Positions 26,285 through 32,000 of a stretch of 32,000 nt of DNA are shown here, piece after piece. The stretch spans positions 1,500,001 through 1,532,000 of the forward strand of contig NC_014205.1 of the NCBI RefSeq assembly GCF_000092465.1, read 5' to 3'. A program made the translations under genes and the position numbers. Under the pieces are notes generated by a model. The model saw only the letters and a program-made list of their open reading frames with translations. It had not been told where the DNA came from and searched no databases. Positions within the stretch are counted from its first letter, which is position 1. Every line of letters begins with the position of its first letter. This DNA is from Staphylothermus hellenicus DSM 12710 (lineage in GTDB: Archaea > Thermoproteota > Thermoprotei_A > Sulfolobales > Desulfurococcaceae).

Positions 26285-26290
26285 TTTATA
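26285..26290 (+). promoter_or_regulatory. TATA box candidate for the C/D-box sRNA
   Basis: TTTATA is centred about 27-31 nt upstream of the sRNA terminal stem (26319). Confidence 0.35.
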
Positions 26291-26318
26291 GCATGGAGTT
26301 TAATAATTCTTATCTCTG

Positions 26319-26382
26319 ATGCGATGATGAACATCGGCTCCGTCCGGAGCGAGATGTGAAGAAGTTCCTTGGTGCTGAGCAT
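26319..26382 (+). ncRNA. C/D-box sRNA (2'-O-methylation guide)
   Basis: Layout: ATGC-GATGATGA(C box, 26323-26330)-ACATCGGCTCCG(12 nt)-TCCG/CGGA(degenerate D')-spacer-GTGAAGA(C', 26356-26362)-AGTTCCTTGGTG(12 nt)-CTGA(D, 26375-26378)-GCAT. The 4-bp terminal stem ATGC/GCAT, 64-nt length, 12-nt spacers and GC-rich composition fit archaeal C/D sRNAs. Confidence 0.6.
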
Positions 26383-26436
26383 ACCTGGTTAGTTTCGATT
26401 ATCTCTCACCTACTTATATGTATATTCTAGGATTTA

Positions 26437-26742
26437 ATGGGTGATATGGTGGCGGGAAAATATACTGTAACTGTCACTATTGATTTGAGACTGCTTGCTA
26501 TGCGTTTAAGAGAGTCTGGCCGCCGATTCATCCGTGTACATGAAATAGCCTATGAATTGGGGATCAGCCCTAAAACAGCGGGAAAAATAATGGTAAGCCT
26601 TGCCAGGCTGGGCTATGCTGTCAAATGGAGTGAAGGAGTATATATGATGCTAAATGAGAGAAACAATAAGTATAAAGTAATTGATAGAATAGCTGGTAAG
26701 ATGAATGAAGCATTACATAATTCTAACTATGAAGAATTATAA
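26437..26742 (+). CDS. Small winged-helix-turn-helix DNA-binding protein (putative transcription regulator)
   Basis: 101 aa. FIRVHEIAYELGISPKTAGKIMVSLARLGYAVKWSEGVY is an HTH plus wing pattern. No specific family recognised. Confidence 0.5.
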   Translation: MGDMVAGKYTVTVTIDLRLLAMRLRESGRRFIRVHEIAYELGISPKTAGKIMVSLARLGYAVKWSEGVYMMLNERNNKYKVIDRIAGKMNEALHNSNYEEL

Positions 26743-26787
26743 ACAAAACAGATATGTTTTATTAAAAGATGAATTAATTTATTGTTC

Positions 26788-28998
26788 TTAGAACCCTATG
26801 AAGTCCTCAGGTCTCGGAGGCTCCGGTTTTAATCCCTTGCGTTCCCTAATCTTCTTAATAAGGTCTAATAACATCGAGTCAGGAATTGGCGCCCATCTAC
26901 TGAATTCCTGGCCCCATATCGCTTTACCAGCTGTTGCTCCACGTAGTTGCTCAGCTAAATCAAATGTTTCAGCAACAGGTATCTCAGCAACTATTCTGGC
27001 AACAGCACCTTGTTGTAGAACTTGCAGGATTTTACCGCGCTTCTTAGTGATTATAGTAGTTATGTTTCCAAGATACTCCATAGGTGCCTTTATATCTAGT
27101 TTCTGTATAGGCTCCAGCAGTGTCGGCCTAGCCGTTAACATACCAGCATATATAGCGTTGCGGACAGCAGGATATATTTGGCCGGGACCACGATGTGCCG
27201 GGTCTTCATGGATTATAGCATCATGTAATATAACCTTTACCCCTCTAACAGGCTCCATAGCTAGTGGCCCTTCCCTCATTGCTAATCTGAATCCTTGAAT
27301 AATTGTATCCTTTACCTCTCTAAGATGCTGTACACCAGTGGTTAAATCTACGAAGACATTGATGTTTTCATCTATAGCCCATATACGCCTAGCTTGATCA
27401 GTGGGCCATCCAGCTTCTTCTCTTAGAACCTTAGCTCTCTGCTTAGCATCCATATCTTCAGTTATTATTCCATCATGTATTAACGATATTGTTTTCTCAT
27501 CTAAGGGCTCAACACTAATATATAGCTTGTTGTGTTTATTAGGTGATTTGCCCTCAAATACCTTGCTTTTATCACGGATGCTTTCACGATACACTATGAT
27601 TGGTTGTGAAGCAACAACGTCTAATCCATAGTTTTCTCTTAGAAACGTTAAAGCTATTTCAATATGTAGTGGTCCCATACCACTTAATAGGTATTCACCT
27701 GTCTCCTCATTGATTCGTACAACAAGACTTGGATCCTCGATGCTTAGCTTATGTAGTGCATCAATGAGCTTTGGTAGATCACGTGGATTCTTAGGCTCTA
27801 TAGCTACAGTAACTACCGGTTCACTGATCATTCTAAGCTTTTCGAAGGGTGTCATTGCATCCTTGTATTCAACGGCTACAACAGTTTCTCCTGCACGAGC
27901 CTTATCTAAGCCTAGCACTGCTGCAATGTTTCCTGCAACTATTTCATCGGCTAATTCACGATAGGGCCCCATATAGAGGCTTACTTGTAGAACCTTCTGT
28001 TTCATTCTAGCATTTGTTAACCAGACTTCTTCTCCTGCACGAAGTGTTCCAGAGAATACTCTGCCTGTAGCAACTAGTCCTGCATGAGGATCGATCCTTA
28101 CATCGTTTACAAGCATGATAACCGGCCCATTAGGATCTGTTTCCATCATTGCCTTACCAATTTCAGAGTTTAAGTCTCCATGCCATATCTTAGGCAATCT
28201 ATACTTCTGAGCTTCTCGCGGGTTTGGAATAAACTTTACAACCATGTCTAGAACAGCTTCATGTAGTGGAGCAAGTTTTTGTAGTTCTGGTAAGGCTTCT
28301 TTTCCCTTCTTATATAGATCAACTATGTCGCTGAACTTTATACCCTTCTGCTTAGCCATTGGAACCGTGAATCCCCATCTATCACGTGCTGATCCGAATG
28401 CTACCTGTCCCTTAGCGGGATCTAGTTGCCATTTTGTCTTAAACTCTTTATCAGCATACATTGCTATTAGCTGGTTTACTTCCTTAATTATTTGGACAAA
28501 TCTCTGCTGTATTTCTTGTGGTGACAATCTTAATTCTTTGATCAGCCTATCTACCTTGTTTATGAATAAAACCGGTCTTACACGTTCCTCGAGTGCTGCT
28601 CTGAGATACATTTCTGTCTGAGTCATAACACCTTCTACAGCGTCGACAACTAGGATGGCTCCATCAATTACTCTCATTGCACGAGTTGTTTTCGCGGAGA
28701 AGTCTACGTGTCCAGGAGTATCTATCAAGTTAATAACATATGGTTTACCCTTGTATTCGTGGTACAGGCTAATGTTTGCTGATTTAACCGTTATTCCTCT
28801 TTTTTGCTCAACATCTAGGTAGTCTAGAGCTAGAGCTTCGCCTGCTATTTTTTCTGAAATTATACCTGACGCCGCCAATAAGCTGTCGGATAACGTTGTT
28901 TTACCATGGTCTACATGGGCAGTGATACCTATATTTCTTACTTGATCAAGATTTCTCATTATTTTAAGTATTTCCATTGTTTGCTTATATCGAACCAT
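26788..28998 (-). CDS. fusA: Translation elongation factor 2 (aEF-2)
   Basis: 736 aa. GTPase motifs [18 protein letters not shown] and NKVDR. Diphthamide-site region [15 protein letters not shown]. Full five-domain length. Confidence 0.95.
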   Translation of the reverse strand: MVRYKQTMEILKIMRNLDQVRNIGITAHVDHGKTTLSDSLLAASGIISEKIAGEALALDYLDVEQKRGITVKSANISLYHEYKGKPYVINLIDTPGHVDFSAKTTRAMRVIDGAILVVDAVEGVMTQTEMYLRAALEERVRPVLFINKVDRLIKELRLSPQEIQQRFVQIIKEVNQLIAMYADKEFKTKWQLDPAKGQVAFGSARDRWGFTVPMAKQKGIKFSDIVDLYKKGKEALPELQKLAPLHEAVLDMVVKFIPNPREAQKYRLPKIWHGDLNSEIGKAMMETDPNGPVIMLVNDVRIDPHAGLVATGRVFSGTLRAGEEVWLTNARMKQKVLQVSLYMGPYRELADEIVAGNIAAVLGLDKARAGETVVAVEYKDAMTPFEKLRMISEPVVTVAIEPKNPRDLPKLIDALHKLSIEDPSLVVRINEETGEYLLSGMGPLHIEIALTFLRENYGLDVVASQPIIVYRESIRDKSKVFEGKSPNKHNKLYISVEPLDEKTISLIHDGIITEDMDAKQRAKVLREEAGWPTDQARRIWAIDENINVFVDLTTGVQHLREVKDTIIQGFRLAMREGPLAMEPVRGVKVILHDAIIHEDPAHRGPGQIYPAVRNAIYAGMLTARPTLLEPIQKLDIKAPMEYLGNITTIITKKRGKILQVLQQGAVARIVAEIPVAETFDLAEQLRGATAGKAIWGQEFSRWAPIPDSMLLDLIKKIRERKGLKPEPPRPEDFIGF

Positions 28999-29096
28999 TT
29001 CTGATCAACCCTTATCCCATAAACATGTAGTCAAACATAACTGTTAGCTCAAATCTATCTTCTCATAAGGGAAATATAGTTAAGGTATTATAAAAC

Positions 29097-30128
29097 TTAT
29101 TTATTGTCTAGTTTTCGAAGTTTTCTTTCAAGAATATTTAGTGTTATTTTCAACACGTCCACCGGCTTACCCGTTCCTTCAGCAACACCTGCAGTATCGT
29201 GGCCGCCGCCTCCTCCCCCTATAATTTCCCCTATGATCGGCATAATATCCTTGCCAAGGCTGATGCTTGTTTTCTTAACAAAATCGCGTGTTGAGCGGCC
29301 AACTATTCGAAGCTTATCATTAGTTGAAACAACAAATACTATATCTGCTCCAAGATCAATGATTGCCCTAGCCACACTTCCCTCAAAAGCACTAACATGT
29401 GTTGTTGCAACAATATATTCTCCAATACGTTTTATTCTGAGTCTCTGAGCCCCCTTCAATCTAGCTATTCTTTCAGATATATCCATTTTCTTCTGTAGAG
29501 AATTAAATGCTTTTTCATAGTTTCCATTATAGATATTGATAAGTTCATCGATAATTTCAAAAATATACTTATCTATGTATACAAACCTTCGTGAATCATA
29601 GAGGATACCCGTTATACATATAGTTGCTTCTAACGGGCTAAACCACCAAGTATCCCTCAACAATAGATATACTAGTTCACAATTGCTTACAACCCTATAG
29701 CTTAAACTAATCATACTATTACTGATTAGTTGGCCTGGTTGGTGATGATCTATTACAATATATGGTTTTTCATATACGTAATTGATTGCTTGTCCTAGTT
29801 GAACAGGGCTACTAGTATCTACAATAATATATGTGTCTATAAGTTTATCCATCCATTGAAGAATGAATGGATCTATAAAATCAATATCGATATTTAGATT
29901 GTTTAAAACATTCTTTGACGCAGCATTTAATCCTTCTGGAAGAATAAGATAAACAGTGTTTTTTAGTGACTCGAGAAAATTCTTTAATATAAGCATTGAA
30001 GAAACAGCATCTGGATCAGCATTTTTATGTGTTAATATACCGTATACTAGTCCTTTATTACTGAGTAGAAACCTTCTCAACTTGTTTATATTTTCTAAGT
30101 TCTCTTTCAAAAATTCTTCTAGCTTCAT
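29097..30128 (-). CDS. DHH/DHHA1 family phosphoesterase (NrnA / RecJ-like)
   Basis: All DHH motifs are intact: HKNADPDAVSS (DxD), IVDTSS, VIDHHQ (DHH), GILYDSRRF, and DHHA1 GGGGGHDTAGVA. GGTGA lies 8 nt upstream of the ATG at 30128. Confidence 0.8.
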   Translation of the reverse strand: MKLEEFLKENLENINKLRRFLLSNKGLVYGILTHKNADPDAVSSMLILKNFLESLKNTVYLILPEGLNAASKNVLNNLNIDIDFIDPFILQWMDKLIDTYIIVDTSSPVQLGQAINYVYEKPYIVIDHHQPGQLISNSMISLSYRVVSNCELVYLLLRDTWWFSPLEATICITGILYDSRRFVYIDKYIFEIIDELINIYNGNYEKAFNSLQKKMDISERIARLKGAQRLRIKRIGEYIVATTHVSAFEGSVARAIIDLGADIVFVVSTNDKLRIVGRSTRDFVKKTSISLGKDIMPIIGEIIGGGGGGHDTAGVAEGTGKPVDVLKITLNILERKLRKLDNK

Positions 30129-30384
30129 TTATTGCGTCACCCAGGATCTTATTGTAGTTCATAATATCTATATATCCAGCCTTAACACCTATGTCTAGGA
30201 ACAAAGTAATCTTGTCTCCTTCATGTGTTATTTTTACTATAATATCGTATTCGCTTTTGGGTGGAAGAACTTGTTCTAGATACTCCCTTACATGTTCTTC
30301 TACATATTCAATTATATTTGCCAGGTCTTCCAGCTTGATCTCTTCTAGGTTAAGGTTTAATGTTTTAATACGTGTTTTACGCAA
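30058..30384 (-). CDS. Small conserved archaeal protein of unknown function (possibly DUF3194-like) downstream of prefoldin beta
   Basis: 108-aa ORF in the prefoldin operon. The family assignment comes from memory of the gene-neighbourhood pattern only. Its 3' end overlaps the DHH gene by 71 nt in another frame. Confidence 0.5.
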   Translation of the reverse strand: MRKTRIKTLNLNLEEIKLEDLANIIEYVEEHVREYLEQVLPPKSEYDIIVKITHEGDKITLFLDIGVKAGYIDIMNYNKILGDAINEARRIFERELRKYKQVEKVSTQ

Positions 30385-30742
30385 CTGTTATCCCATATTT
30401 TGCTAAGAGTTCTCTAAGCCTCTTCTCGAGGTCGCTTATTTGTTTTTCTAGGATTTCAAGTTGTTTCTTATATTTATCCTTTTTTATACCCAGTATTTCC
30501 TTGCGTTCTTCTAGTTCCTTTATTATTTCATCTCTGGATTTCTTGACGAGAACATGCCCGACCATTTTATATATATCTGTTTCCTGCTCCATTGTTTTAA
30601 GTGTGTCAAGAACATGATCTATATCTGCTAATTCTGCTTCAACTAGTTTAAGCTCTGCATCAAGTTTTGCATAGTTATCTCTTAATGTTTGATATTGTGT
30701 TAGGGTTTGTTGTACTTCTGGTGGGAGTCTCTGTTGACTCAT
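30377..30742 (-). CDS. pfdB: Prefoldin beta subunit
   Basis: 121 aa with coiled coil-beta hairpin-coiled coil organisation (QQTLTQYQTLRDNYAKLDAELKLVE...IYKMVGHVLVKKS...KQISDLEKRLRELL). GAGGTGAT lies 5 nt upstream of the ATG. Confidence 0.85.
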   Translation of the reverse strand: MSQQRLPPEVQQTLTQYQTLRDNYAKLDAELKLVEAELADIDHVLDTLKTMEQETDIYKMVGHVLVKKSRDEIIKELEERKEILGIKKDKYKKQLEILEKQISDLEKRLRELLAKYGITVA

Positions 30743-30996
30743 GCTTTAATCACCTCGTTATATACGTGTAATAGCATTGAAATAGTGCTTAAAAAACTAT
30801 TATGTAGTGCTCTCAACATGTTTATCCTAGTACACCTAATTATAAGTAACAGTTCTGTTAAGTCCTCCTTTGACAACTCTACTATACAACCTGGAGAAGG
30901 AGTCTTTGTTTCCGGATCCAATGCATCATATATTGCGTTTATCAACTTTTCATTCCTATCAGAAATAACTAGTTCTAGAATAGCTTTCTTAAACAT
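30739..30996 (-). CDS. pcc1: KEOPS complex subunit Pcc1-like
   Basis: 85 aa. The pattern A.LEL......E..INAIYDAL.PE...P......VEL......L.I.....R...LRALHNSFL resembles archaeal Pcc1. The Brix-Pcc1-prefoldin beta neighbourhood is conserved. Confidence 0.6.
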   Translation of the reverse strand: MFKKAILELVISDRNEKLINAIYDALDPETKTPSPGCIVELSKEDLTELLLIIRCTRINMLRALHNSFLSTISMLLHVYNEVIKA

Positions 30997-31531
30997 GTGT
31001 TTTTACACCAATTACACGTATTATGGGCCCGCATGGTTTACCTAGTCTATTTAAAGGTTTAACAACGGTGAAACTCTTTGTTTCTTCAAGCTTAACTATA
31101 ACATCTGCTTTTTCGCTTATTATTTCATGAAATATTGTAATGAATAGGTCTGCTAGCTTATAGCATTCATCTTTCATGCATGCATTATAGTCTATTGTTA
31201 TTGTTTCCGGATTATACGCTCTTGACGCATCAGGGTTTTCTCTTGTAAGATTCACTCCTTTAATAATAATTGTTGCTATATGTTTTGTTTTAGGAGGTTT
31301 TTCATCTATGTAAACCCTATAAATTTTGATTATTGATGGATTCCCTTTTCTCTCTCCCACAATGAATATGTATTGTTTTCTATCTCTATACGCTTCAAGT
31401 CCTAGTTCTTCAATAGTTTTCTTACCCCTGTTTATATGTTTGGAAAAAGGCAGAGTATTTGCTAAGTCTTTTATAAAAGAACGTGTTCTTTGGCTAGGTT
31501 TATGGGAGGTTGTTATTAAAACGCCTGGCAT
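30989..31531 (-). CDS. Brix-domain (Imp4-like) ribosome biogenesis protein
   Basis: 180 aa. N-terminal VLITTSHKPSQRTRSFIKDLANTLP...INRGKK is typical of archaeal Brix/Imp4 proteins. Sits downstream of eL43 as in the conserved archaeal operon. Confidence 0.8.
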   Translation of the reverse strand: MPGVLITTSHKPSQRTRSFIKDLANTLPFSKHINRGKKTIEELGLEAYRDRKQYIFIVGERKGNPSIIKIYRVYIDEKPPKTKHIATIIIKGVNLTRENPDASRAYNPETITIDYNACMKDECYKLADLFITIFHEIISEKADVIVKLEETKSFTVVKPLNRLGKPCGPIIRVIGVKTHV

Positions 31532-31551
31532 ATGAAATCATCGATTAAGGA

Positions 31552-31815
31552 TCACTCGCGGATAATGTATTTTCCAAAATATCTGCTGAGCTCTGTTCTG
31601 GGAACATATGCTCCTCCAGCCCATTTATTGCCGCATTTTCTACAGTACCATATACCAGTGCTTAGCCTTTGCACGGTTCCCCTCGCTCCACAGAATGGAC
31701 ATACATGGGGAGCATATCTTTTCTCTAGTATATCTCTTACTTTTTTACGCAAGGTGGATCCGTATCTTGCACCATATCTTCCAGCGATTCCGACAGCTTT
31801 AGTTCTTCTCGCCAT
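31552..31815 (-). CDS. rpl37ae: 50S ribosomal protein eL43 (L37Ae)
   Basis: MARRTKAVGIAGRYGARYG..LRK, plus a C4 zinc ribbon CPFCG...CRKCG. Confidence 0.92.
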   Translation of the reverse strand: MARRTKAVGIAGRYGARYGSTLRKKVRDILEKRYAPHVCPFCGARGTVQRLSTGIWYCRKCGNKWAGGAYVPRTELSRYFGKYIIRE

Positions 31816-31852
31816 CTCTATGATTCACCTCTTCATCGCGTAAGCATTTATT

Positions 31853-32000
31853 TTAGACTAGGGTTTTTATGTAGGTATTTGGATTATTTAATACTTCCCT
31901 TAATAAACCATGTAGTTCAGATGCTTTTTTCAATGCAATATCCACTAATTGATCAATCATTTTTGGTTTTATGCCTTTCATCCCCATTTTCTGTATACCA
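31853..32000 (-). CDS. 3' end of a CDS running off the window, possibly exosome subunit Rrp42
   Basis: The minus-strand open frame to the window edge translates to ..GIQKMGMKGIKPKMIDQLVDIALKKASELHGLLREVLNNPNTYIKTLV*. Its position upstream of eL43 matches the conserved exosome-rpl37ae operon. Identity is inferred from context. Confidence 0.4.
   Translation of the reverse strand, partial: GIQKMGMKGIKPKMIDQLVDIALKKASELHGLLREVLNNPNTYIKTLV

Noticed and set aside
24776-26787. Integrated mobile element at tRNA-Asn (accessory-looking genes, wHTH regulator, compositional anomaly)
   Set aside because: There is no integrase and no partial duplication of the tRNA 3' or 5' segment, so no att-like direct repeat. 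The motif GGATTTGAAC occurs only in the two intact tRNAs. The GC-rich parts look like RNA genes rather than foreign DNA.
1-32000. CRISPR arrays, tandem repeats, IS elements
   Set aside because: Reading the window on both strands, I saw no regularly spaced direct repeats, terminal inverted repeats or transposase-like ORFs.

Overview
This window is a densely packed, mostly housekeeping chromosomal segment from an AT-rich hyperthermophilic crenarchaeon. The lineage call rests on the gene set: PolB1 plus PolB3-type family-B polymerases, archaeal DnaG, aEF-2, Pelota, eS26/eL38/eL43, an aKMT-like lysine methyltransferase and an Agl24-like GT28. I did not identify a species. Most of the window is protein-coding on both strands. 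The short GC-rich islands in the AT-rich background are RNA genes: SRP RNA, tRNA-Ser(GCU), an intron-containing tRNA-Asn(GUU), one C/D-box sRNA and two unclassified structured candidates. I found no CRISPR array, transposase, integrase or recognisable defence system. Items worth a second look: (1) a surface-protein-like gene interrupted by one in-frame TGA, followed by 69 open codons ending in a C-terminal membrane anchor; (2) an unassigned GC-rich block of about 175 nt just upstream of tRNA-Asn, next to a perfect 11-bp inverted repeat that brackets the tRNA's TATA box; (3) a 110-nt structured RNA candidate with H/ACA-like geometry downstream of the UPF0173 gene; (4) a membrane-protein CDS whose last 15 nt, including the stop codon, lie inside tRNA-Ser; (5) an uncharacterised protein with a Trbp111-like tRNA-binding OB-fold, next to RHH, ASCH, TrmI and aKMT genes; (6) a putative N-glycosylation cluster. 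All functional calls come from motif recognition by eye. No database search was run.
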